Shown in pieces: positions 1 to 9,530 of a stretch of 32,000 nt of DNA. Numbering within the stretch: position 1 is the stretch's first letter; the number at the start of each line of letters is the position of its first letter. Under the pieces are notes generated by a model. It was given only the letters and a program-made list of their open reading frames with translations, had not been told where the DNA came from and ran no database searches. Origin of the DNA: Streptomyces sp. WGS_02 (GTDB taxonomy: Bacteria > Actinomycetota > Actinomycetes > Streptomycetales > Streptomycetaceae); contig JAYMFZ010000004.1 of the NCBI GenBank assembly GCA_040989845.1, positions 2,656,824-2,688,823 on the forward strand. The letters are read 5' to 3'. Both the position numbers and the translations under genes were made by a program.

Positions 1-1925
1 AGGGCGCCGAGGGTGTAGTCGGCCCAGATCCGGGCCGGGAAGCCGCCGCCGTTGGCGCGGCCGGAGTTGGCCGTGCCGGTCAGGGAGACCTGCTTGCGGC
101 CGCCGTCGCCCTCGCCGAAGAGGGCCACGACCGTGGTCAGTTCCGGGGTGTACCCGGCGAACCAGGCGGACTTGTTGTCCTCGGAGGTGCCGGTCTTGCC
201 CGCCGCGTCGTAGGCGGAGGTGTTGGCCGCGGCGCCGGATCCGGCGTCGACGACCCCGGTGAGCGCCTTGGTCACGGTGTCGGCGGAGGCACGGCTGATG
301 GCCTGCTCCCGCTTGGGCTTCTCCGGGTTGACGGTGCGGTCGCGGTGCTCGGCGGACTGGAGGATGTGCGGGGTGACCTTCTGGCCGTGGTTGTCGAGCG
401 TGGCGTACGCGCCGGCCATGTCCCAGGTCGAGGCGTTCATGGTGCCGAGCGAGACGGCGGGGCGTTCGGGGAAGTTCTTGTCCGGTACGCCGAGGTCGAG
501 CGCCGTCTGCTTCGCGGCGGAGGGCGTCACGTCCACGATCATCTGCGCGAAGACGGAGTTGACCGAGCTGTTCATCGCCTTCTGGACGGAGATCGGACCG
601 TAGCTGCGGTCGTCCTCGTTCTGCGGGGCGAACGGGGTGTCGCTGCCGACGACGGGCCGCTTGCTGGTGCCGTCGTAGACCGTGTTCAGCCCGATGAGGC
701 TGCCGTCCTGGGTCGTCGACTCGTTCTCCAGGGCGGAGGCGAGCACCAGCGGCTTGAAGGTGGAGGCGGGCTGGTAGTCCTGGCGGGTGGCGTTGCTGAT
801 GTAGTGCTTGATGTAGTCCTCGCCGCCGTACAGCGCGACGACCTTGCCGGTCTTCGGGTCGACGGAGGTGGCGCCCGCCTGGACGCCCGCGTCGACCTTG
901 CTGCCCTTACGGTCGAGCTTGGACTCCAACTGGTCGTCGACCGCCTTCTCCAGCGCCTGCTGGCGCTTCTTGTCGACGGTGAGGGTGAAGGTCCAGCCGC
1001 CGGCCTCGCGGTCCTCGGCGGAGACGCCCTGCTTCTCCAGTTCCTTGTTGGCCGCCTCGACGAGATAGCCGGTCTGGCCCTCCATGCCCGCGGCCGGCTT
1101 CGGCTTCTGCGGAACGTCGAACTCCAGCTTCGCCTTCTCGGACTCGGTCAGCCAGTCCATCTCGACCATGTTGCGCAGGGTGTAGGCCCAGCGCTCCTTG
1201 ACCAGCTTCTTGCCGGTGGGGGTGGCGGACGCCCAGTCGTACTGGCTGGGGGCCTGGAGGAGGGAGGCGAGGTAGGCGCCCTGGGAGACGTTCAGGTCCT
1301 TGGCGTCGATGCCGTAGTAGGCCTGGGCGGCGGCCTGGATGCCGCTGGCACCGCGTCCGTAGTAGGCGGTGTTGATGTACCCGGCGAGGATCTCGTCCTT
1401 GGACAGCTGCTGGTCGATCTTGAGCGAGATCACCAGCTCCTTGAGCTTGCGGCTCACGGTGGGGTCCTGCGTCAGGTAGTAGTTCTTCACGTACTGCTGG
1501 GTGATGGTCGAGCCACCCTGCTTGCCCTTGCCGCTGACCGTGTTGAGGAGACCGCGGGTGGTGCCCTTCAGATCGACGCCCTGGTCCTTGTAGAAGGTCT
1601 TGTTCTCGGCGGCGACGAAGGCGTGCTGGACCTTCTTCGGCACCTCGTCCAGGTCGACGATCTGGCGGTTGACGCCCTTGCCGGTCCGGGCGAGGACCGT
1701 GCCGTCGCTGTACTGGTAGACGTTGCTCTGCCGCTCCGCCATGGCATTGGCGGCGGGGACGTCGACGTACAGGTAGAGGGCACCGAAGGCGCCCATGCCC
1801 AGCAGGACGATCCCGAAGAACGTGCCCAGCAGCTTCTTCCACGTGAAGAGTCTGCGTATGCCGCCGCTCTTCGCGGCCCGGCGCGACTCCTGCGCCAGGG
1901 CTCGTCGCGCATCCGCTCGACCCAT
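1..1925 (-). CDS. Class A penicillin-binding protein (GT51 glycosyltransferase + transpeptidase), C-terminal end cut by window edge
   Basis: Absent from the ORF track because this minus frame has no stop inside the window. My translation from ATG 1925 (GGGAG about 10 nt upstream) gives MGRADARRALAQESRRAAKSGGIRRLFTWKKLLGTFFGIVLLGMGAF (membrane anchor). It then shows GT51 motifs AENKTFYKDQGVD, GGSTITQQ and RKLKE, and transpeptidase motifs STFK, SVN and KTGT. The frame stays open to position 1. Confidence 0.9.
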   Translation of the reverse strand, partial: MGRADARRALAQESRRAAKSGGIRRLFTWKKLLGTFFGIVLLGMGAFGALYLYVDVPAANAMAERQSNVYQYSDGTVLARTGKGVNRQIVDLDEVPKKVQHAFVAAENKTFYKDQGVDLKGTTRGLLNTVSGKGKQGGSTITQQYVKNYYLTQDPTVSRKLKELVISLKIDQQLSKDEILAGYINTAYYGRGASGIQAAAQAYYGIDAKDLNVSQGAYLASLLQAPSQYDWASATPTGKKLVKERWAYTLRNMVEMDWLTESEKAKLEFDVPQKPKPAAGMEGQTGYLVEAANKELEKQGVSAEDREAGGWTFTLTVDKKRQQALEKAVDDQLESKLDRKGSKVDAGVQAGATSVDPKTGKVVALYGGEDYIKHYISNATRQDYQPASTFKPLVLASALENESTTQDGSLIGLNTVYDGTSKRPVVGSDTPFAPQNEDDRSYGPISVQKAMNSSVNSVFAQMIVDVTPSAAKQTALDLGVPDKNFPERPAVSLGTMNASTWDMAGAYATLDNHGQKVTPHILQSAEHRDRTVNPEKPKREQAISRASADTVTKALTGVVDAGSGAAANTSAYDAAGKTGTSEDNKSAWFAGYTPELTTVVALFGEGDGGRKQVSLTGTANSGRANGGGFPARIWADYTLGA

Positions 1926-2088
1926 TGGTGTGTTGCTCCCGCTTCTCTGCTCGGCCGGTTCGCTCGGTTTCCTCAGTTCGCTCAGACCTGCCAGCTAACA
2001 CCGACAGCAGGGACAAAAGACAAGCGATCCGGCCTTTTACGGACGTGAGAATCAGCACCCGCCTCTACAGGAACCGACTCCCCAGGGG

Positions 2089-2127
2089 TGGACAAGGTTG
2101 CGAGAACCGATAATGTGTAATCACATT
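2089..2127 (+). promoter_or_regulatory. Candidate promoter/operator of the SPFH-RHH operon
   Basis: TGGACA (2089-2094), 16 nt, TAATGT (2111-2116). This is overlapped by the AT-rich inverted repeat AATGTG-taat-CACATT (2112-2127), which stands out in a GC-rich background about 39 nt before the ATG at 2166. Confidence 0.3.
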
Positions 2128-2165
2128 GCTGGCGCGGTGCGATACCGCGCCGAACGGGGGATCCC

Positions 2166-3137
2166 ATGACCGGACAGCACGAGAACCACCACCCGGACGC
2201 CCCGGCGCCGGACCTCTCCATCGACGCTCCCGACATGCCCGAACCGCAGGTCAGGGAGGTCGTCGCGCACTCCATCCCGGGCGGCCTCGGGCTGCTGCTG
2301 ACCGTGCTCGGCGTCTTCGGCGGGATCGGCCTGGCCATCTTCGGCGGGGTGCTGGGCGCCAACGACGACAAGGCGGTCGGCATCCCGCTGCTCATCTTCG
2401 GGGTGCTCCTGGTACTCACCTCGTTCTTCTGCATGAGCGGTGTGAAGATGGTCGCTCCGGGCGAGGCCCGGGTGATCCAGCTCTTCGGCCGTTACGTCGG
2501 CACCATCCGCGCCGACGGGCTCCGCTGGATCAACCCGCTGACCTCCAGCCGCAAGATCTCCACCCGTGTCCGCAACCACGAGACCGCCGTCCTGAAGGTC
2601 AACGACGCCTACGGCAACCCGATCGAGCTGGCCGCGATCGTCGTCTGGAAGGTCGAGGACACCGCCCAGGCGCTCTTCGAGGTCGACGACTTCCTGGAGT
2701 TCGTCTCCACCCAGACCGAGGCGGCCGTCCGGCACATCGCCATCGAGTACCCGTACGACGCCCACGAGGAGGACGGCCTCTCGCTGCGCGGCAACGCGGA
2801 GGAGATCACCGAGAAGCTGGCCGCCGAGCTGACCGCCCGGGTGCAGGCCGCGGGCGTGCTGATCATCGAGTCGCGCTTCAGCCACCTCGCGTACGCCCCC
2901 GAGATCGCCTCCGCCATGCTCCAGCGCCAGCAGGCCGGCGCGGTCGTCGCGGCCCGCAAGCAGATCGTCGAGGGCGCGGTGGGCATGGTCGAGATGGCCC
3001 TGCACCGGATCGCCGAGCAGGACATCGTGGAGCTGGACTCCGAGCGGAAGGCGGCCATGGTCAGCAACCTCATGGTGGTGCTGTGCGGTGACCGCAGCGC
3101 CCAGCCAGTCCTCAACACGGGCACCCTCTACCAGTGA
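2166..3137 (+). CDS. SPFH / band-7 (stomatin-prohibitin-like) domain membrane protein
   Basis: 323-aa ORF with an N-terminal pair of TM helices ([42 protein letters not shown]). An SPFH core follows ([27 protein letters not shown] ... [16 protein letters not shown] ... AMLQRQQA). GGGGGA RBS and high GC3. Confidence 0.9.
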   Translation: MTGQHENHHPDAPAPDLSIDAPDMPEPQVREVVAHSIPGGLGLLLTVLGVFGGIGLAIFGGVLGANDDKAVGIPLLIFGVLLVLTSFFCMSGVKMVAPGEARVIQLFGRYVGTIRADGLRWINPLTSSRKISTRVRNHETAVLKVNDAYGNPIELAAIVVWKVEDTAQALFEVDDFLEFVSTQTEAAVRHIAIEYPYDAHEEDGLSLRGNAEEITEKLAAELTARVQAAGVLIIESRFSHLAYAPEIASAMLQRQQAGAVVAARKQIVEGAVGMVEMALHRIAEQDIVELDSERKAAMVSNLMVVLCGDRSAQPVLNTGTLYQ

Positions 3138-3433
3138 CCGACCAGACGCCTCCCCGGCGGACGCCGGCGTCCCGGTCGCAGCAGCGCAAGCAGATGCTGC
3201 TGCGGCTGGACCCCGCGGTGCACGACGCACTCGCCCGCTGGGCCTCCGAGGAACTGCGCAGCGCCAACGCGCAGATCGAGTTCCTGCTGCGGCGGGCGCT
3301 CGCGGAGGCGGGCCGGCTGCCCGGGGCTGCGCGGCCGATCCCCCGGCGGGGGCGGCCACCAGCTCAGCCGCCCGATCAGCCACCGGAGGAGCCGGAGACC
3401 CCGCCCGGGACGGGCGGCCGGGACGCCCCGTAG
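3134..3433 (+). CDS. Small ribbon-helix-helix (Arc/MetJ/CopG-like) DNA-binding protein with Pro-rich tail
   Basis: GTG 3134 overlaps the SPFH stop (GTGA, 3134-3137), indicating translational coupling. The core KQMLLRLDPAVHDALARWASEELRSANAQIEFLLRRAL fits a beta-strand + two-helix RHH pattern. Confidence 0.65.
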   Translation: MTDQTPPRRTPASRSQQRKQMLLRLDPAVHDALARWASEELRSANAQIEFLLRRALAEAGRLPGAARPIPRRGRPPAQPPDQPPEEPETPPGTGGRDAP

Positions 3434-3461
3434 CACCGCACCCCCGGCACGTACCGACACA

Positions 3462-3493
3462 GCGACCCCGGCCCGCCCATGGGCCGGGGTCGC
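3462..3493 (+). terminator. Intrinsic-terminator-like hairpin after the SPFH-RHH operon
   Basis: GCGACCCCGGCC (3462-3473) / loop cgcccatg / GGCCGGGGTCGC (3482-3493), a 12-bp perfect stem followed by CTTTC. Confidence 0.55.
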
Positions 3494-3504
3494 CTTTCGG
3501 ACGC

Positions 3505-3534
3505 GTATACATCGGGGGTATACACGCCGTGTAC
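3505..3534 (+). promoter_or_regulatory. Candidate PadR operator (triple palindromic hexamer)
   Basis: GTATAC (3505-3510), GTATAC (3518-3523) and GTGTAC (3529-3534) lie immediately upstream of the padR-like start at 3545. They form an AT-rich island in GC-rich DNA. Confidence 0.35.
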
Positions 3535-3544
3535 AGTGCTCCTC

Positions 3545-4069
3545 ATGTCTATCGGTCACACCCTCCTCGGGCTCCTGGAGTCCGGCCCCCGGCACGGCTA
3601 CGACCTGAAGCGGACCTTCGACGAGAAGTTCGGCCAAGACCGCCCGCTGCACTACGGCCAGGTCTACTCGACGATGTCCCGGCTCCTGAAGAACGGACTC
3701 GTCGAGGTCGACGGCGTCGAGAGCGAAGGAGGCCCCGAGCGCAAGCGGTACGCCATCACCGACGCCGGGATCACCGATGTCTCGCAGTGGCTGGCGCAGC
3801 CCGAGAAGCCGGAGCCCTACCTCCAGTCGACGCTCTACACCAAGGTCGTCCTCGCGCTGCTGACCGACCGCAGCGCGGCTGGCCTGCTGGACACCCAGCG
3901 CTCGGCCCATCTGCGGATGATGCGCATCCTCACCGACCGCAAGCGCCAGGGCGACCTCGCCGACCAGTTGATCTGCGACCACGCCCTCTTCCACCTCGAA
4001 GCCGATCTGCGCTGGCTGGAACTGACCGCCGCCCGCCTCGACCAGCTCGCCAAGGTGGTGGCTCCGTGA
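3545..4069 (+). CDS. PadR family transcriptional regulator
   Basis: MSIGHTLLGLLESGPRHGYDLKRTFDEKFG...YGQVYSTMSRLLKNGLVEV...KRYAITDAG is the PadR winged-helix signature. I prefer ATG 3545 over the track start 3479. The stop overlaps the next gene's start. Confidence 0.9.
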   Translation: MSIGHTLLGLLESGPRHGYDLKRTFDEKFGQDRPLHYGQVYSTMSRLLKNGLVEVDGVESEGGPERKRYAITDAGITDVSQWLAQPEKPEPYLQSTLYTKVVLALLTDRSAAGLLDTQRSAHLRMMRILTDRKRQGDLADQLICDHALFHLEADLRWLELTAARLDQLAKVVAP

Positions 4070-4752
4070 TTCCCGAAGGCTCCCTGCTCGCCGCGCACGA
4101 TCTGCGCAAGACCTACGGTTCGACGCCCGCCCTGGACGGCGCGTCGTTCTCCGTGCACCCCGGCGAGGTCGTCGCCGTCATGGGCCCGTCCGGCTCCGGC
4201 AAGTCGACCCTGCTGCACTGTCTGGCCGGGATCATCACACCCGACTCCGGCACCATCACCTACGCGGGCCGCGAGCTGTCCGCGATGTCCGACGCCGAGC
4301 GCAGCGCCCTGCGCCGCAGCGACTTCGGCTTCGTCTTCCAGTTCGGCCAGCTCGTCCCCGAGCTGACCTGCGTGGAGAACGTCGCCCTGCCGCTGCGGCT
4401 CAACGGCGTGAAGCGCAAGGCCGCCGAGCGCACCGCACGCGCGTGGATGGAGCGCCTGGAGGTCGACGACCTCGGCTCCCAGCGCCCCGGCGAGGTCTCC
4501 GGCGGGCAGGGCCAGCGGGTCGCCGTGGCCCGTGCGCTGGCGGCGTCGCCGAAGGTGATCTTCGCCGACGAGCCGACCGGCGCGCTGGACTCGCTCAACG
4601 GCGAGCGGGTGATGGAGCTGCTCACCGAGGCCGCCCGGTCCGCCAACGTGGCCGTGGTCCTGGTGACCCACGAAGCCCGGGTCGCCGCCTACTCCGACCG
4701 TGACGTCACCGTGCGCGACGGCCGGGCCCGGGATCTGGAGCACGCGGTATGA
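4066..4752 (+). CDS. ABC transporter ATP-binding protein (MacB/LolD/FtsE-like)
   Basis: GTG 4066 overlaps the PadR stop (GTGA). Walker A GPSGSGKST, signature VSGGQGQRVAVARAL, Walker B VIFADEPTGALD and H-loop VLVTHE are present. Only the last 228 codons of track ORF 3088..4752 are real. Confidence 0.93.
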   Translation: MIPEGSLLAAHDLRKTYGSTPALDGASFSVHPGEVVAVMGPSGSGKSTLLHCLAGIITPDSGTITYAGRELSAMSDAERSALRRSDFGFVFQFGQLVPELTCVENVALPLRLNGVKRKAAERTARAWMERLEVDDLGSQRPGEVSGGQGQRVAVARALAASPKVIFADEPTGALDSLNGERVMELLTEAARSANVAVVLVTHEARVAAYSDRDVTVRDGRARDLEHAV

Positions 4753-7147
4753 CGCTGCTCGACTCCCGTACGGCACCGCCCGCCGCACCGGAGAGCCCGC
4801 AGCCGCCCTCGCGCGGCGCGGCGGTCCTCCGCGACCTCGGCCTCGGCGTCCGGTTCGCCGCCGCCGGTGGCCGCGAGGGCTGGATCCGTACGCTACTGAC
4901 CGCCGTCGGCGTCGGCCTCGGTGTGGCGCTGCTGCTGCTCGCCTCCTCCGTACCGCATCTGCTCGACGAACGCGGCGCACGCGAGGCCGCCCGCAGCGAG
5001 ACCCGGATCTCCGACTCACCCGACACGAACGCCGCGACGTCGGACAGCTCGGTGGTGCGCATCAACGCCACGTCCGAGTACCGGGACCGGACGGTCGCCG
5101 GGTATCTGATGCGCGCGGACGGTTCGGCGCCGGTCCTGCCGCCGGGGGTCGACCGCTTCCCGGCGGCGGACACCATGGTGGTCTCCCCCGCGCTGAAGGA
5201 GCTGCTGAGCAACCCGGGCAACGAGCTGCTGCGCGAGCGGCTGCCGTACGAGATCACCGGCACGATCGGGGACGCCGGGCTGCGCTCCCCCAACGAACTC
5301 CTCTACTACGCGGGCAGCGACACCCTGACGCCCGCGAAGGGCGGTCACCGCATCGGCGGGTACGGGGACTCCCGCGAGGGCGATCCCCTGCCGCCGCTGC
5401 TGATCGTGCTCGTCGTCATGGTCTGCGTCGTGCTGCTGGTGCCGGTGGCGATCTTCATCGCCACCGCCGTGCGCTTCGGCGGCGACCGCCGCGACCGCCG
5501 GCTGGCCGCGCTGCGCCTGGTCGGTGCGGACATCCGGACGACCCGGCGGATCGCCGCCGGGGAGGCGATGTTCGGCGCGCTGCTCGGGCTGCTGATCGGT
5601 CTGGCGTTCTTCCTGGTGGGCCGGTTGTTCGTCGGCGCGGTGGAGATCTGGGACGTCAGCGCGTTCCCCGCCGACCTGGTCCCCGACCCCCGGCTCGCCC
5701 TCCTCATCGTGGTGGCGGTGCCCCTGACCGCCGTCCTCGTCACCCTGGTCGCGATGCGGTCCGTGGTGATCGAGCCGCTCGGCGTCGTACGCCGGGGCCG
5801 CGAGCGGGGCCGCCGGCTCCGGTGGCGGCTGCTGATGCCCGCGGCCGGACTCGCGGTGCTCGCCGTGACGGGCCGCACCAACGGGTACGAGCCGGTGAAC
5901 CCCTTCGCCATAGCCTCGGGCGCGGTCCTGGTGCTGGTCGGCCTCGCACTGCTGCTGCCCTGGCTGGTCGAGGCCTGTGTGAACCGGCTGCGCGGCGGCC
6001 CGGTGCCCTGGCAGCTCGCCACCCGCCGGCTCCAGTTGAGCAGCGGGGCCGCGTCCCGCGCGGTCAGCGGGGTGACGGTCGCGGTGGCCGGGGCGATCGC
6101 CCTGCAGATGCTGTTCGCCGCGATGAACGCCGACTTCCACCGGGTGACCGGCCAGGACCCCTCGCGGGCCCAGTTCGCCGCGTACTCCGAGGACGTCACC
6201 GGCGAGGCGGCCACCTCGGCCATCGAACAGTTCCGTGCCACCCGGGGCGTGGACGTGGTGATCGGATCGGTGGAGGCGTACGCGACCAAGCCCGGGAACT
6301 ACACGGACGACGAGATCCAGCCCACCACCTCGCTGACCGTCGGCACCTGCGCGACCCTGCGCGAACTGGCCCGGATCGACCGGTGCGAGGACGGCGACGC
6401 CTTCGTCGTCCACCCCCGAACAACAAGGACCAGGCGGGCTGGGTGGACCGGACCGCACGCAAGGGCGAGACCGTCCTGATCGGCGAGGGCATGGGCCGCA
6501 AGCCGTTCCGGTGGACGCTGCCGGCCGACGCGCCGACCGTGACCGGCCGCAAGGACCCCATGGGCGAGGTGCACTGGGGAATCATGGCGACCACGGGCGC
6601 GCTGGACGCGGGCAAGCTGCCCGGCGCCACGATCGTCGCCCAGATCCGGGTCGACGAGAGCGTGCCGGACGTCGCCGAGCACGTACGCAACACGGCGGTC
6701 GGGATCGACCCCGGGATGCGCTTCAGCGAGCTGAACCCGGTGGCGCGCGACCGTCAGTACGACAGCGTGCAGACCGGCCTCCAGGTCGGCGCGACCGTGG
6801 TGCTGCTGCTGATCGCCGCGTCGATGCTGGTCTCCCAGCTGGAGCAGTTGCGTGAGCGCAGGCGGCTGCTGTCGGTGCTGGTCGCCTTCGGCACCCGGCG
6901 CTCCACGCTCGGCTGGTCGGTGCTGTGGCAGACCGCCGTGCCGGTGGCGCTCGGACTGGTGGTCGCGGTCGCGGGCGGCCTGGGGCTCGGCGGGACGCTC
7001 GCCTGGATGATCAGCAAGTCGGTGGCCGACTGGTGGCTGTTCTGGCCGATGGTGGGCGCCGGGGGCGCGCTGATCGCACTGGTGACGCTGCTGTCGCTGC
7101 CGCCGCTGTGGCGGCTGATGCGCCCGGAGGGGCTGCGCACCGAGTGA
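4749..7147 (+). pseudogene. ABC transporter permease with two FtsX domains, frame broken by an apparent 1-nt deletion in a C-run
   Basis: ATG 4749 overlaps the ATPase stop (ATGA). The N-terminal part is track ORF 4749..6479. The C-terminal part (…NNKDQAGWVDRTARKGETVLIGEG… to the second FtsX domain …LSVLVAFGTRRSTLGWSVLWQTAVPVALGL…) is in the frame of ORF 4700..7147. The frames join at CACCCCCGAA (C5 at 6413-6417), and adding one C gives ...DAFVVHPPNNKDQ.... Total length is 2399 nt, which is 2 mod 3. Confidence 0.85.
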
Positions 7148-7160
7148 CCTCCGCGTGATC

Positions 7161-7206
7161 CGTGTACGGCCGGGGCTCCTGAGGACGGGAGCCCCGGCCG
7201 TGTACG
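7161..7206. terminator. Bidirectional terminator hairpin between convergent permease and oxyR
   Basis: CGTGTACGGCCGGGGCTCC (7161-7179) / 8-nt loop / GGAGCCCCGGCCGTGTACG (7188-7206), a 19-bp stem including two wobble positions. Confidence 0.6.
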
Positions 7207-7208
7207 TC

Positions 7209-8200
7209 TCAGTCCTGGTCGGGGCGGTCCACCGGCCGCACCGGCAGCGGCTTCATCGCCTCGCGCAGGGCGGCCGCGAACTCCTCGAACTCGCCGCCCC
7301 GCGCCGACCCGGTCCGCATCGCCAGCGCCAACCGCCGGGTGGGCGCCGGGTCCGCGAAGTACCCGGTGGCCAGCGCGTCGTTGCGGCCGGTCTCCACCGT
7401 CACGGCGGTGCGCGGCAGCAGGGTCACGCCGAGCCCGCCGGCGACCAGTTGCACGAGGGTGGAGAGCCCGGCGGCGGTCGTGGTGACCGGCGCGCCCCGG
7501 GTGCGGCCGGCCTCGCGGCAGATGTCCAGGGCCTGGTCGCGCAGGCAGTGCCCCTCGTCCAGGAGCAGCAGCGGCAGTTCGCGCAGCGCGTCCCGGGGAT
7601 GTCCGCGCGGCCGCCGAGCCAGTGGTCCTGCTCCATGACCAGCACGAAGTCCTCGTCGAAGAGCGGGATCTCGGTGACGCCCGGCACTCCGAGCGGCACG
7701 GCGAGCAGCAGCAGGTCCAGACGCCCGGCGGCGAGCCCTTCGAGCAGCGAGGAGGTCTGCTCCTCGTGGACCTGGAGGTCGAGGTCCGGGTACCGCTCGT
7801 GGACGAGGCGGAGCACGGTGGGCAGGAGATACGGGGCGACGGTCGGGATCACGCCGAGCCGGAGGACTCCGGTGAACGGGGCCCGGACCGCCTCCGCCTC
7901 CTCCATCAGCGCGGCGACGGCCTCCAGGACCGCCCCGGCCCGCACCGCGAGCCGCTCCCCCGCGGGCGAGAGCAGCACCTTGCGCGTCGTACGCTCGATG
8001 AGCTGGACACCCAGTGCCTCCTCCAGGGTGGACACCGCTCCGGAGAGTGCCGGCTGACTCATCCCGATTGCTGCCGCCGCGTCCCGGAAGTGCAGATGTT
8101 CCGCCACGGCCGTGAAGGCCCGCAGCTGGGACAGGCTGGGCTGCTTGACGGGTGACTTAACGGACTGCTTGGGGCGTACGCCCTGATTCACCTGGGTCAC
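7209..8200 (-). pseudogene. oxyR: LysR-family peroxide regulator OxyR, frame broken by an apparent 1-nt deletion
   Basis: GTG 8200 with GGAGG 9 nt upstream. The HTH is LSQLRAFTAVAEHLHFRDAAAAIGMSQPALSGAVSTLEEALGVQLIERT (ORF 7424..8425). The C-terminus (MQLVAGGLGVTLLPRTAV...) is in ORF 7209..7454. Restoring one nt at TCCCGGGGAT (7591-7600) gives ...[34 protein letters not shown].... Length is 992 nt (2 mod 3). The gene is divergent from ahpCD, as in Streptomyces. Confidence 0.85.
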
Positions 8201-8333
8201 TGATAGGTACCTCCGATCATCCGGACCGAGTGTAGCTATTTCTGTGATCAATGCACTCTGTGCCAGGGTGGGAGCCGTCCAACCCTCAGGAAGACCCCCA
8301 AAAAGGGAATTCCAGACGTTGCAAGGAGAGCGC
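8201..8333. promoter_or_regulatory. oxyR-ahpC divergent promoter/operator region
   Basis: Locally AT-richer intergenic region with ATAG (8203-8206) and TAGCTAT (8233-8239) elements resembling OxyR/LTTR ATAG-N7-CTAT half sites. The ahpC RBS AAGGAGAG is at 8323-8330. Confidence 0.45.
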
Positions 8334-8888
8334 GTGCTCACTGTCGGTGACAAGTTCCCCGAGTTCGACCTGACTGCTTGTGTCTCGCTGGAGAGCGGCA
8401 AGGAGTTCGAGCAGATCAACCACAAGACCTACGAGGGCAAGTGGAAGATCGTCTTCGCGTGGCCGAAGGACTTCACCTTCGTGTGCCCGACGGAGATCGC
8501 CGCCTTCGGCAAGCTGAACGAGGAGTTCGCCGACCGCGACGCGCAGATCCTCGGCTTCTCCGGTGACTCCGAGTTCGTGCACCACGCCTGGCGCAAGGAC
8601 CACCCGGACCTGACCGACCTGCCTTTCCCGATGCTGGCCGACTCGAAGCACGAGCTCATGCGTGACCTCGGCATCGAGGGCGAGGACGGCTTCGCCCAGC
8701 GCGCCGTCTTCATCGTCGACCAGAACAACGAGATCCAGTTCACGATGGTGACCGCCGGTTCCGTGGGCCGTAACCCCAAGGAGGTCCTGCGGGTCCTCGA
8801 CGCCCTGCAGACCGACGAGCTGTGCCCGTGCAACTGGACCAAGGGCGAGAACACCCTCGACCCGGTCGCGCTCCTCTCGGGCGAGTGA
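8334..8888 (+). CDS. ahpC: Alkyl hydroperoxide reductase subunit C (2-Cys peroxiredoxin)
   Basis: VLTVGDKFPEFDL...KWKIVFAWPKDFTFVCPTEI (peroxidatic Cys) ...DELCPCNWTKGENTL (resolving Cys). GTG 8334 follows the AAGGAGAG RBS. The track start 8244 is too far upstream. Confidence 0.95.
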   Translation: MLTVGDKFPEFDLTACVSLESGKEFEQINHKTYEGKWKIVFAWPKDFTFVCPTEIAAFGKLNEEFADRDAQILGFSGDSEFVHHAWRKDHPDLTDLPFPMLADSKHELMRDLGIEGEDGFAQRAVFIVDQNNEIQFTMVTAGSVGRNPKEVLRVLDALQTDELCPCNWTKGENTLDPVALLSGE

Positions 8889-8900
8889 GCTGATACCGAC

Positions 8901-9434
8901 ATGGCTCTCGACGAACTGAAGTCCGCCGTACCGGACTTCGCCAAGGACCTGAAGCTGAACCTCGGTTCGGTCATCGGCAACAGCGACCTCCCGCAGCAGC
9001 AGCTGTGGGGCACCGTGCTGGCCTGCGCGATCGCCTCGCGATCGCCGAAGGTGCTGCGCGAGCTGGAGCCCGAGGCGAAGGCCAACCTCTCCGCCGAGGC
9101 GTACACCGCGGCGAAGTCGGCCGCCGCGGTCATGGCGATGAACAACGTCTTCTACCGGACCCGGCACCTGCTGTCGGACCCGGAGTACGGCACGCTCCGC
9201 GCGGGCCTGCGGATGAACGTCATCGGCAACCCGGGCGTGGAGAAGATCGACTTCGAGCTGTGGTCGCTCGCCGTCTCCGCGATCAACGGCTGCGGCCAGT
9301 GCCTGGACTCGCACGAGCAGGTGCTCCGCAAGGCCGGCGTGGACCGCGAGACCATCCAGGAAGCCGTCAAGATCGCTTCGGTGATCCAGGCGGTCGGTGT
9401 GACCCTCGACGCCGAGGCCGTACTCGCCGAGTAG
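8901..9434 (+). CDS. ahpD: Alkylhydroperoxidase AhpD (carboxymuconolactone decarboxylase family)
   Basis: 177-aa ORF 12 nt after ahpC. CXXC active site in [14 protein letters not shown]. Confidence 0.93.
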   Translation: MALDELKSAVPDFAKDLKLNLGSVIGNSDLPQQQLWGTVLACAIASRSPKVLRELEPEAKANLSAEAYTAAKSAAAVMAMNNVFYRTRHLLSDPEYGTLRAGLRMNVIGNPGVEKIDFELWSLAVSAINGCGQCLDSHEQVLRKAGVDRETIQEAVKIASVIQAVGVTLDAEAVLAE

Positions 9435-9472
9435 TGACACCGCACCACCCCTGACCCACCTGGGTACGAGAG

Positions 9473-9506
9473 GAGCCCCGGGGACGAGAGACCGTCCCCG
9501 GGGCTC
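9473..9506. terminator. Bidirectional terminator hairpin between ahpD and the AI-2E transporter
   Basis: GAGCCCCGGGGACG (9473-9486) / loop agagac / CGTCCCCGGGGCTC (9493-9506), a 14-bp perfect stem followed by TTCC. Confidence 0.7.
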
Positions 9507-9530
9507 TTCCGCGTGTTCCGTGCCGCTCCG

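Noticed and set aside
345-2048. 567-aa plus-strand ORF (and 907..2058 -, 1568..1912 -)
   Set aside because: It is antisense or out-of-frame to the PBP gene. Its translation is a Gly/Arg/Val/Leu/Asp-rich string with no motifs. The third minus frame carries complete GT51 and transpeptidase motifs. This is a typical GC-rich shadow ORF.
2121-3512. 463-aa minus-strand ORF and 2126..3091 + ORF
   Set aside because: They overlap the SPFH gene in other frames. Their composition is Arg/Ala/Gly/Pro-rich with no recognisable domains. The SPFH frame has the domain signature and proper GC3.
3088-4065. N-terminal 326 codons of track ORF 3088..4752
   Set aside because: This part reads across the RHH and PadR genes out of frame (Arg/Pro/Ala-rich). 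The ABC ATPase starts at GTG 4066, coupled to the PadR stop.
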